Shown here: piece after piece, positions 29,143-37,469 of the stretch
Position numbering within the stretch: the first letter of the stretch is position 1
How the letters are laid out: every line of letters starts with the position of its first letter
Program-made: the position numbers and the translations under genes
Notes under the pieces: generated by a model
Database searches by the model: none
What the model was told of the DNA's origin: nothing
The model's input: the letters and a program-made list of their open reading frames with translations, nothing else
NCBI GenBank assembly: GCA_040397175.1
Contig: JBBAWM010000003.1
Coordinates: 64,001 to 128,000 of the forward strand
Length of the DNA stretch: 64,000 bases
Source: Candidatus Limnocylindrus sp.
GTDB taxonomy: Bacteria > Chloroflexota > Limnocylindria > Limnocylindrales > Limnocylindraceae
Direction: 5' to 3'

Positions 29143-29481
29143 ATGAGTGCGCCCGCCAAACTACGAAGCCGCCTTCGCGGCGTGGTCTCCCTCGGCACCT
29201 TCGTTGCCGTGGTCGTCGCGGTTGGCGTCTCCCTCCTCTACCTCGCCTGGGTCGCCACCATTCGCAATGCTGACCAGATCGGTGAGCTCTCGGTGGGCAC
29301 CTTCGTCGTTGGCCTCTCCTGCGCATTTGCGTCGCTCATGCTCACGATCAGCATGATCCGCGCGATTCGCGGCGCCCGCGATGGGCGGGCGATGCTCGCC
29401 GCCCTCTTGGCTGGTGGCTTCGCCATCGCCGCGGGAATCGCCCTCGGCGCGTCGAACATCCTCGGCAAGCTCGCCTCCTAG
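29143..29481 (+). CDS. Small membrane protein (3 TM)
   Basis: Hydrophobic segments; fills the gap before tRNA-Glu. Confidence 0.6.
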   Translation: MSAPAKLRSRLRGVVSLGTFVAVVVAVGVSLLYLAWVATIRNADQIGELSVGTFVVGLSCAFASLMLTISMIRAIRGARDGRAMLAALLAGGFAIAAGIALGASNILGKLAS

Positions 29482-29521
29482 GGGCGGCGCCCTAGGAGCG
29501 GTGCTACGCTGCGAGCCGCGC

Positions 29522-29598
29522 GCCCCTGTCGTCTAGAGGCCTAGGACGCCACCCTTTCAAGGTGGAGATCACGGGTTCGAATCCCGTCGGGGGTACCA
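29522..29598 (+). tRNA. tRNA-Glu(TTC)
   Basis: GCCCCTG/CGGGGGT acceptor stem, CCACC-CTTTCAA-GGTGG anticodon arm, GGTTCGAATCC T-arm, encoded CCA. Confidence 0.97.
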
Positions 29599-29693
29599 CC
29601 CCACCGCGCAACCCCCCGCACGCATGGGATGCCACGAGGATCCGTACGTCGGGGCGTCGGGTGCAGAAGTGGCACCCGTGGCATCCTGAAGTC

Positions 29694-30047
29694 ATGCCGA
29701 TTGCCGTCGTCGCCTTCCTCACCTACGCCCTCCTCCTGCTCGCAGGGCTCGGACTCACGCTCGGCAAGATCGTGGAGCAGGCAACCGCCGCCCCCGTCAC
29801 CCTCCAAGGCGTGGTCTGGATGGCGCTCATCGCGGCCTGCATCTTCACCATTACCCTCGTCTGGCAGCGCAAGGAGGCTGGGCGCGGATTCGCGGTGGGC
29901 CTCAGCACCATGTTGATCCCTGCTGGCCCACTGATCGCCCTCACCCTGGGGAACTGGCTCCCTGGCCTCCCCCCGGTCGCCCTCGCCCTTCTCTTGATTC
30001 GGGGCTTACGCGGCGCCCCTGCCCGCGCCTGGCTGAACGAACAGTGA
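29694..30047 (+). CDS. Small membrane protein (4 TM)
   Basis: CATCCT-6nt-ATG; hydrophobic helices; GTGA overlap with PHP gene. Confidence 0.65.
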   Translation: MPIAVVAFLTYALLLLAGLGLTLGKIVEQATAAPVTLQGVVWMALIAACIFTITLVWQRKEAGRGFAVGLSTMLIPAGPLIALTLGNWLPGLPPVALALLLIRGLRGAPARAWLNEQ

Positions 30048-30928
30048 GCTCCGCTCCGATTCGCCGGGTCGGCGATCGCGACCGCCGGCCAGACCTTGCG
30101 CTCGCGGGGACCTTCAGCTCTCCACTCGACGTGCACCTGCACACCCTCCTCTCCCCCGACTCCGAGGTGCCGCTCGACGTCTATCCCGCCCTGGCGATTG
30201 CCTTGGGGATGCAACGCATTGCCCTTACCGACCACCTCGACTTTGACCCGCGCGAGGAGGGGGCGACCCTCGCCCCACATCGCCAGCGCGTCGAGGCGGT
30301 CGAGGCGCTGCGCCGAGAGTTTGGAGATCAGCTGGAGATCCTACTCGGCGTGGAGATCTCGTATGAGCGGCAATACGAGGCGGAGATCCGCGAACACCTG
30401 CGCACCACCCAGTACGACCTGACCATCTGCAGCGTGCACCCAGGAATCGACTCGCCCTTCAAGCGTTCGCTCGCGGCGAACTGGGCCGGACATGACGTGC
30501 ACGAAACAGCCCCGTATTTTGCCGAGGTGCAGGCGGGGATTCAGAGTGGACTCTTCGACATCGTGGGGCACATGGACTACGTACGGAAATATGTGCACCC
30601 ACATATCGACACACCCGCATTCGAGGCGGCACCTGACCTGTACGAGCCCGTACTGAAGGCGCTCATCGAAACTGGGACCGCCTTAGAGATCAACTCGTCA
30701 GGGTGGCGCCAGCGAACTGGAATTCCGTATCCACTCCCACAAGCGGTGCATCGCTACCGCGAACTTGGCGGCGAGTACATCGTGACCGGCTCCGACGCCC
30801 ACCAGCCAGAGTGGTTTGCGATGAACTTTGATCGCGCACGAGACTTGCTTCTTGATGCAGGCTTTGAAGAGCTGGCAACGAAGCGATGGAAGTCCGCGGG
30901 TGAGCAGTGGCCAATTCCAGCGCGCTAA
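30044..30928 (+). CDS. PHP-family histidinol-phosphatase (HisJ/HisK-like)
   Basis: DVHLHT, TDH, GVE, SVH, GHMD, EINSS and GSDAH metal motifs. Confidence 0.88.
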   Translation: MSSAPIRRVGDRDRRPDLALAGTFSSPLDVHLHTLLSPDSEVPLDVYPALAIALGMQRIALTDHLDFDPREEGATLAPHRQRVEAVEALRREFGDQLEILLGVEISYERQYEAEIREHLRTTQYDLTICSVHPGIDSPFKRSLAANWAGHDVHETAPYFAEVQAGIQSGLFDIVGHMDYVRKYVHPHIDTPAFEAAPDLYEPVLKALIETGTALEINSSGWRQRTGIPYPLPQAVHRYRELGGEYIVTGSDAHQPEWFAMNFDRARDLLLDAGFEELATKRWKSAGEQWPIPAR

Positions 30929-31743
30929 CGCTCACGGTCCTCGGTTCGGCCGGCGCGTATCGCACGCATGATGGATCTCGCGCGTCTGGATACCTCGTGC
31001 AGCACGGGCTGACCACGCTCCTTCTTGACCTGGGGCATGGTGCCTACGCGCCGCTCGCTGCGCACCTTGGCATCAACGGGTTGCCACAGATAAGCGCCGT
31101 AGCAATTTCACATCTGCATCCCGACCACTGGGCTGACCTCGCCGCGCTGCGACACGCCCTGGTGCATGGCAACAAGATGGGGAGCGACGCGCGTAGCGTT
31201 TCCGTGATCGGTCCGAGTGGCCTTGCACCACGAATCGCAACGCTGCTTGATGCTCGCACGCCCGAGGAGCAGGCTGCCGGGACCTACGAGGCCGCGCAGC
31301 CATTTGCCTTTTCGACGTGGCGGCTTGAGTTGGCGTTGCCTCCACTGGGTGGCGGACGCGTTGTCACCGTTGGCGATCTTACGCTACAGAGTGCGCGTGT
31401 ACGCCACACTGGCGAGTCGTATGCGCTGCGAGTCGCCGTCGGCGACCAGCCCGGGCTGACCTACTCAGGAGATGTGTCGCATTGGGAGGATCTTGCGGCG
31501 ATCGTGCAACGTGGTGACACGCTGCTCTGTGAAGCGGCAGGTGGCGCAGCGACGTGGGAAGAAGGCGACACACACATCACGGCGAACGGAGCGGGAAAGG
31601 CTGCGACATCGGCTGGCGCTGCGAGGCTGCTTCTCACACACTTCGGCGCCGAGGTTGATCCGGTCGACGCCTTGCGCGCCGCTGCGATTGAGTTTGCTGG
31701 CGAGATCGTCGCGGTACGCGAAGGAGATCGTTTCGAGCTGTAG
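30907..31743 (+). CDS. MBL-fold metallohydrolase (RNase Z/YhfI-like)
   Basis: SHLHPDH, YSGD, CEA and LLTH motifs. Confidence 0.88.
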   Translation: MANSSALTLTVLGSAGAYRTHDGSRASGYLVQHGLTTLLLDLGHGAYAPLAAHLGINGLPQISAVAISHLHPDHWADLAALRHALVHGNKMGSDARSVSVIGPSGLAPRIATLLDARTPEEQAAGTYEAAQPFAFSTWRLELALPPLGGGRVVTVGDLTLQSARVRHTGESYALRVAVGDQPGLTYSGDVSHWEDLAAIVQRGDTLLCEAAGGAATWEEGDTHITANGAGKAATSAGAARLLLTHFGAEVDPVDALRAAAIEFAGEIVAVREGDRFEL

Positions 31744-31753
31744 GGTGCGGCGA

Positions 31754-32272
31754 TCAGTCTGGTGGCAAGGTGGGATCGGTAGCGGCAAACCCACGCTCTA
31801 CCGCAAGGGCCAAGCCGCCACGCTGGTCAATCAGCACATACGCCCGAATCACATCCGTCGCATCACCTGCCGGAATCTCCATTGATGGGCGAATGTCGTC
31901 TGTGACGATGAGCCAGAAGGTCCCCGACAGTCCTGGGGCATCGGTGCCGCCACTGCTCAGGGTGATGAGTCGTACCCGCGGCGTTGCGCCAACCGGCGCA
32001 TCGGCCAAACGGGCTGCGCGGACGGCGCTCTGCGGTGAGATGCCCGCCAGGATGGTGTCGGCGCTCACCGCCTCCCAGCCGGCGGGGAGCGGTAAGTCAA
32101 GGGCGCGAATGCGATCCGCCTGCGTGCGAAGAAGAAGGGCGCCTACCAGGAAGGTGGCAAAGAGGAGGAGCCCGACGCGCGCAATCTGCCCCCGGGTGAC
32201 TGGGGTCGCTAGCACTGCCCCCTCGGGTGGGCGAGTTGGCGGGGTGCCTGCTGGAGCCGACTCAGATGTCAT
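31754..32272 (-). CDS. Hypothetical single-TM protein
   Basis: CACGAT-6nt-ATG at 32272; TM segment VGLLLFATFLVGALLL. Confidence 0.55.
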   Translation of the reverse strand: MTSESAPAGTPPTRPPEGAVLATPVTRGQIARVGLLLFATFLVGALLLRTQADRIRALDLPLPAGWEAVSADTILAGISPQSAVRAARLADAPVGATPRVRLITLSSGGTDAPGLSGTFWLIVTDDIRPSMEIPAGDATDVIRAYVLIDQRGGLALAVERGFAATDPTLPPD

Positions 32273-32310
32273 GCCGCCATCGTGCCAGAGTTCGCGGCTA
32301 CGATTCAGCC

Positions 32311-34140
32311 ATGAGCACATCGCCCGCACCAACCACTCGTTCCGCAGCGCTGCCGCGCGACCCCCTGCTCGGGCTCCCGCTCCGCCATATCGTGCGCGAT
32401 GCGGTGGCGCGTGCCCTGCGCCGAGCAGTCGCGAACGGCGCCCTTCCAGCCCCCGAAGAGACCGCCGCGCTGGATGCGCTCGTCGCTGGCATTGAGGTCG
32501 AGATCCCTGGAAATCGCGATCACGGCGACTACGCCTCCAACATCGCCATGAAGGGGAGCAAGGTCCTAAGGCGCGCCCCCGCACAGATCGCCGCCGCCAT
32601 CGCGGCAGAGCTCTCCGCCGAAGCGTCGGAGCGAATGCACGGCGGGAGTGGTGCACTCGGGCCAATCGCGCACGCCGAAGTTGCCGGGCCTGGCTTCTTG
32701 AACCTGCAACTCCGCGCTGGGCTGCTCGCCGATCATCTCGATGCGATCGTCACATCGCCGCTCGCGTGGGGTCACCTTGCTGTTGCCGCAGGTACGCCGG
32801 TATATCGCGTCAACATTGAGTTTGTCAGCGCAAACCCAACCGGCCCGCTGACTGTTGGTAACGCGCGCGGCGCATTCGTCGGCGACCTGCTGTCGCGCGT
32901 CCTTGAGGCGGCGGGGCAGAGCGTTACTCGCGAGTACTACTTCAATGACTTCGGTGAACAGGTTCGACGACTCGGCGAGAGCGTTATCGCCCTGCGCGCC
33001 GGAGTCGCGGTTGCCGAGAACGGCTACAAGGGCGAATACGTTGGCGAGCTTGCGGCGCTCATTCCGCCTGACATTGCAGCGCGTGCTGCCGCTGCGCCAA
33101 AGCGAAGCGGCGAGATTGATGCCGAAGGGTATGACGGAACCATTGCTGATGACGACGTCGCCGTCATTGGGCGGTGGGCATCAGAGCGTATTCGCGCTGG
33201 CATCGAATCGTCGCTGGCGGTCCTCGGTGTCGAGTTCGATGTATGGCGTTCTGAGGGATCGCTCTACACCGAAGGCTTTGTAGATCGCGCAATTGGCAAA
33301 CTACGTGAGGGAAAATGGCTCGAGGAGCGAGAGGGTGCGCTCTGGTTTAAGAGCACCGCGTTCGGCGACGACAAGGACCGCGTGATTCGCAAGTCGAGTG
33401 GCGCATACACCTACTTCGGTTCAGACATTGGCTACATCGTGGAGAAGTTTTCGCGCGGTCATGACCGCGTTGTTTACGTGTGGGGGCAAGATCATCACGG
33501 CACCGTTGCGCGACTGCGCAACGCCGGCGAGGCGCTCGGCTTCAACAAGGAGTCGATCGAGATGCTGCTCGTTGCGTGGGTGCGATTCGTTCGTGATGGG
33601 GTAGAGATGAGCATGTCGAAGCGCGCTGGAACATTTATCACACTCGACGAGCTCCTGGAAGAGATTGGTGTGGATTCTGCGCGCTGGTACTTCGCTTCGC
33701 GCAGCGCGACGACAGCGATCGATTTTGATATTGAGGCGGCGAAGGCGAAGAACAGTGATAACCCTGTCTACTACGCGCAGTACGCACATGCACGCATGCG
33801 CTCCATTCTGCGTAAGGCGGCCGCTGAGTCGCTCATGCCGGCGATGGCAATCGGGAGTCTGCTTGATGACCACACCTCACCAGAGGCAAAACTGGCGCGC
33901 GTGATCGTGCGCCTCCCTGAGGTCGTCGAGGATTCCGCCACGCATCACGAGACGCAGGGGGTGACGACCTATGCGACAGAGCTTGCCACTGCCTTCTCTG
34001 CCTTCTACCGCGACGCGAAGGTGGTTGACGCCTCGGTGCCCGAGCGCTCTGCCGGCCGACTGCGCCTTGTAGCGGCAGCAGCGGCGAGCCTCTCCGCCGC
34101 GCTCCGCCTGCTCGGCATCTCCGCCCCCGAGGAGATGTAG
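32311..34140 (+). CDS. argS: Arginine--tRNA ligase
   Basis: HGDYASN, EFVSANPTGPL, MSKRAG and NPVYYAQYAHAR motifs; TACGAT-6nt-ATG. Confidence 0.97.
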   Translation: MSTSPAPTTRSAALPRDPLLGLPLRHIVRDAVARALRRAVANGALPAPEETAALDALVAGIEVEIPGNRDHGDYASNIAMKGSKVLRRAPAQIAAAIAAELSAEASERMHGGSGALGPIAHAEVAGPGFLNLQLRAGLLADHLDAIVTSPLAWGHLAVAAGTPVYRVNIEFVSANPTGPLTVGNARGAFVGDLLSRVLEAAGQSVTREYYFNDFGEQVRRLGESVIALRAGVAVAENGYKGEYVGELAALIPPDIAARAAAAPKRSGEIDAEGYDGTIADDDVAVIGRWASERIRAGIESSLAVLGVEFDVWRSEGSLYTEGFVDRAIGKLREGKWLEEREGALWFKSTAFGDDKDRVIRKSSGAYTYFGSDIGYIVEKFSRGHDRVVYVWGQDHHGTVARLRNAGEALGFNKESIEMLLVAWVRFVRDGVEMSMSKRAGTFITLDELLEEIGVDSARWYFASRSATTAIDFDIEAAKAKNSDNPVYYAQYAHARMRSILRKAAAESLMPAMAIGSLLDDHTSPEAKLARVIVRLPEVVEDSATHHETQGVTTYATELATAFSAFYRDAKVVDASVPERSAGRLRLVAAAAASLSAALRLLGISAPEEM

Positions 34141-34142
34141 CG

Positions 34143-34312
34143 AAAGTCTGGCGGGCCGGTGCCCCTGCGTGGGGATTCATTACGAACTCTTTACCCGATC
34201 CCACCTTCCAGATTCACCTAGCGGGCAGATGATGAGTTTCGGCTCACTGGACCTCCCTCCCGTGATCCGACCTCCAAGCCAGGAGGGTCGACGGGCATTG
34301 GCCCTCCTGGCA
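34143..34312 (+). ncRNA. Structured non-coding RNA, possibly 6S-like (strand uncertain)
   Basis: Terminal pairing 34150-34164 with 34293-34307, apical TGAGT-TTCG-GCTCA hairpin at 34233-34246, extra hairpin at 34268-34290; no credible ORF. Confidence 0.45.
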
Positions 34313-34373
34313 TACCTCCCCTCCAATCCACCACGATGCGACGGCGTGCCGCGGCGCGTGGGAGAATAGGGGC

Positions 34374-35099
34374 ATGGAACTCACGTATTACGGTCGCACC
34401 TGTGTCCGCATCCGCAGCCGGGAGGCGACCATCGCCTACGACCCGTACACCTCAATCGTGGGACCAACCGGGCGCGGCATGAGCGCCGATATCGTGACCC
34501 TGAGCCACCCCGACGACGCCCCACTTTCGCGCGTGAAGGGGCGACTCGCCCCGCGCGATAACCGCACTCCCATCGCTACGAGCCTCGACAGCGCCGTGAT
34601 CCTTGAGGGGCCAGGCGAGTACGAGGTGAAGTCGGTGCTGATCACCGGCATCCGCAGCTACCGCGACGAACATCGCGGCCCTGCCGCACGCCACAACACC
34701 GTCTTCGCCGCCGAACTCGACGGCATGCACGTCGTGCACCTCGGTGATTACGCCGATGGGCTCACCGCCGAGCAGATCGGCGAGTTGCCAGGTTGCGACA
34801 TTGTCCTCGTCCCCGTGGGTGGCGAACTCTCCCCGCAAGCCGCATCGCGCCTCATCAGCCAGATGGAGCCGAAGATCGTGATCCCGATGTCTATGGTCGA
34901 CGACGCGACTAAGGCTGCCGCAGCGATCAAGGCATTCTGCAAGGAGCAGGGCCTGGCAACACCGCCACCCGCACAGCAGAAGCTCGCCATCACCATCTCT
35001 GCGCTCCCAGAAGAGACGACGACCGTCATCATCGAGGCGCGTGTTGAAGGGCTCGGCGGTGCTGAGACAGCGGCCAGTGGAACGCTCGGCCTCGGCTGA
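34374..35099 (+). CDS. MBL-fold protein (Lactamase_B_3-like), degenerate metal site
   Basis: MELTYYG, DPY, GPGEYEV, HLGD, VPVGG and PKIVIPM motifs; SHPDD in place of HxHxDH. Confidence 0.8.
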   Translation: MELTYYGRTCVRIRSREATIAYDPYTSIVGPTGRGMSADIVTLSHPDDAPLSRVKGRLAPRDNRTPIATSLDSAVILEGPGEYEVKSVLITGIRSYRDEHRGPAARHNTVFAAELDGMHVVHLGDYADGLTAEQIGELPGCDIVLVPVGGELSPQAASRLISQMEPKIVIPMSMVDDATKAAAAIKAFCKEQGLATPPPAQQKLAITISALPEETTTVIIEARVEGLGGAETAASGTLGLG

Positions 35100-35144
35100 T
35101 TCCCGCGACAGACTGTTGGCACAGTCAACTGCTCTACTCCCTCT

Positions 35145-35354
35145 ATGAGTGACCTTCGCTGCATCACCTGCAAGCGCGACATCGCCCCCGGCGAGCCGAC
35201 GTACGAGATTCGAACCTTCCTTGATCCCCTCCCGCCCGGCGGTGTCGCCTGCTCAGAGAAGTGTCAGGAGCGCAAAGAGGACGAGAGCAAGCAGCGCGCG
35301 ATGCTCTGGTACCAATCACCGATGAACCCTTTTGGAGGTGGCAAAGATGAGTGA
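35145..35354 (+). CDS. Small zinc-finger protein (TRASH/YacG-like CxxC...CSxxC)
   Basis: CITC...CSEKC in 69 aa. Confidence 0.55.
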   Translation: MSDLRCITCKRDIAPGEPTYEIRTFLDPLPPGGVACSEKCQERKEDESKQRAMLWYQSPMNPFGGGKDE

Positions 35355-35574
35355 TGGCGACATTGGTGGCGATGGCGGCGGCGACGGAGGCAGCGACGGC
35401 GGTGTGTTCGACCTAAACAACAATGGCACTTCAGTTGACGAGTTCATTCTCTTTGCTGCGATCACTGACAATGACGGGTCACCGCGACCGTCACGTGGCC
35501 CGGCGAAACGTTCTGGCTGCCTACTTCCAGCTGTAGCAATCGCGATCTTCGCTCTTGCGCTCCTAGCGATCTAG
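35347..35574 (+). CDS. Small Gly/Asp-rich protein with C-terminal TM
   Basis: GGAGG RBS; 8-nt overlap with upstream ORF; hydrophobic tail. Confidence 0.5.
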   Translation: MSDGDIGGDGGGDGGSDGGVFDLNNNGTSVDEFILFAAITDNDGSPRPSRGPAKRSGCLLPAVAIAIFALALLAI

Positions 35575-36513
35575 AACGACGCGCTCCCAGCCGCCGCTAA
35601 TCTGCAGCGCTGCTGGGTTGCCGCCCGCATGCAGCGCACGTTGAGGGAGTAGCCCAACAACCTCTGTTTCGCCAATCTCAGCGCCGCGACTACTCGCTGC
35701 AACATGAATACGTTCACGAATCGCATGCAACGTATCACCACGATCGGTAGCCTCAAGAAGGTCGTGCAGGTTCATCGACACTTGTGCGATCCCTTTGCTT
35801 GCAAGTGGGAAGCCGAGTGCCTGCAGCCCGCGCACGCCACCAGCTGTTGCCCCGCGGATCTCTCGTGCAATCTCTTTTGTAATCACGAGAAGCGTGTCGG
35901 CATCAGCGCCAGTCAGCGCAATGTTCCACGCCGCCATCAGCGTGCGCGCCCCAACGGCGGTTGCGCCTGCGGTTGGATGTGGCTCACGTGGACCGAAGTC
36001 TGGTGCGCCACCATCCGCCGCCTGGTGCGCCGCGAGCTGCTCAAATCCGCCGCGCCGCAACGTTGGAAGTGAGCGACGATCTTCATTGCGCGCTGCCGCG
36101 CCGTAGAGGTGCACTGGAATGCTCAGCGTGTTCGCGAGCGCAGTGCCAGCCACGCGGGCAATCTCGGCGGCCTGCTCGAGTGTTGCTGATGGTGAGATCG
36201 GCACAACCGGCACAACATCAAGCGCGCCGATGCGTGGGTGCACGCCGCGATCCTCTCCTGATTTTGCTGGGCTCGAGAGATCAATTGAAGCGACGGCGAC
36301 GCGTGCGAGAGCGAGGGTTGCCGCCACAAGTTCAACGCCGCCGGCGCCGACATACGTGAACACGCTCCGATCGTGATCGACATCGGAGTGCACGTCGCGG
36401 AGCGTTACGCCGGAAACCGCGCGAATTGCCGCAGCCGCCCGCTGCAAGATTTCAGTGTCACGCCCCTCGCTGATGTTGGCAACGATTTCGAAGTTCGCGT
36501 TGGTGGTGGCCAT
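35563..36513 (-). CDS. ftcD: Glutamate formiminotransferase (FTCD N-terminal domains)
   Basis: NISEGRD, DHDRSVFT, GVHPRIGALDVVP, LRRGGFE, HPTAGATAVGAR and QVSMNL motifs. Confidence 0.9.
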   Translation of the reverse strand: MATTNANFEIVANISEGRDTEILQRAAAAIRAVSGVTLRDVHSDVDHDRSVFTYVGAGGVELVAATLALARVAVASIDLSSPAKSGEDRGVHPRIGALDVVPVVPISPSATLEQAAEIARVAGTALANTLSIPVHLYGAAARNEDRRSLPTLRRGGFEQLAAHQAADGGAPDFGPREPHPTAGATAVGARTLMAAWNIALTGADADTLLVITKEIAREIRGATAGGVRGLQALGFPLASKGIAQVSMNLHDLLEATDRGDTLHAIRERIHVAASSRGAEIGETEVVGLLPQRALHAGGNPAALQISGGWERVVLDR

Positions 36514-37271
36514 TAGTCAAGCGTACGGCGCATCACTGGCCAGCGGCCATCGGGGCCTGTCGCGGCAACGGTGAAGCCGAGGCGCTCCCAGAAGCGCTGC
36601 GTGGCAGCAGGGGTGTGCTCTGGGTCGTCGACGTCAGATGGCTCTTCTGGGTAGGCCTCAGCGGCGGCGAAGCCGGCGGTGCCGAGTCGAGCGAGCACGC
36701 CAGCCACGAGCGCGCTGCCAAGCGCACTCCCACGCGCCGCGGGTACTACCGAGATGCAGGTGATGATCGCTGGCGGTGGGCTGTCGGGAAGGTCGGGGTA
36801 GCGATCGCGCAATCGTTGCGCGCGCGGGAATGCGGAGAGTGGTCCCGCTTGGCAGTAGGCAGCGGGTTCGCCTTTCGCAAGCAGCACCCAGCCCATCGGC
36901 CCACTCACCGGAAGTTGCCGCGTCAGCAGGCGCAACTTCGGTGGTTGTCCGGGCGCAGCGGCGGCGTCACGCAACGCCTCTTCACGCGTTGGCGGCTCTG
37001 GAGCGAATGGATTAAAGGTTGGCGCCTGCTCGACATCGGCGCCAAGGAATGCGGCGAGGGCGCTCTTCCCCCCTGCCGGTGTGCTGGCGCGCGCCGCAGG
37101 GTTCGGTGCTGCGCCGCCGATAGCCGCCGCCTTGCTGCCACGATCCGCGTCCTCCCACCAGGTGCAGGTGGCGTGGTCGGCGCTTGCATTGGCGCAGGGC
37201 GGCACGAGCAGCAACTCATCGGCGCTCTCCACGCCGACCAGCTCGAACCCGTCACCGATGTCAATTCTCAT
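36513..37271 (-). CDS. GNAT-family acetyltransferase
   Basis: CISVVPAARGSALG, EAYP and FWERLGF motifs; TAATG overlap with formiminotransferase start. Confidence 0.75.
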   Translation of the reverse strand: MRIDIGDGFELVGVESADELLLVPPCANASADHATCTWWEDADRGSKAAAIGGAAPNPAARASTPAGGKSALAAFLGADVEQAPTFNPFAPEPPTREEALRDAAAAPGQPPKLRLLTRQLPVSGPMGWVLLAKGEPAAYCQAGPLSAFPRAQRLRDRYPDLPDSPPPAIITCISVVPAARGSALGSALVAGVLARLGTAGFAAAEAYPEEPSDVDDPEHTPAATQRFWERLGFTVAATGPDGRWPVMRRTLD

Positions 37272-37291
37272 CGTCTGGGATACTACGCCGC

Positions 37292-37450
37292 ATGAGCGAT
37301 CACGCGTCTCCTGGGCACGGTTCACACGGCGAGGCCGAAGACGCCCCGCTGGGCGCCATCAACCTTGCTGCATGGGGGGCCGGTGCCCTTGGTGTCGCAA
37401 TCGGCCTCCTGACGGCGGCCGTCATCGCGATCGCCGCAGGGGCCCTCTAG
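37292..37450 (+). CDS. Small His-rich single-TM protein (52 aa)
   Basis: GATACT-7nt-ATG; His-rich N-terminus plus one TM. Confidence 0.5.
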   Translation: MSDHASPGHGSHGEAEDAPLGAINLAAWGAGALGVAIGLLTAAVIAIAAGAL

Positions 37451-37469
37451 CCCAGCCCTTCGGTCGCCG

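Noticed and set aside
6480-29598. Integrative elements at the tRNA genes
   Set aside because: No integrase and no duplicated tRNA 3' end seen
34225-34250. Hammerhead ribozyme core (TGATGAG / GAAAC)
   Set aside because: The two core elements lie on opposite strands and CUGAUGA is not intact
34218-34313. 31-aa minus-strand ORF with strong GGAGG RBS as a type I toxin
   Set aside because: The peptide is hydrophilic with no TM; better explained as part of the structured RNA, though not fully excluded
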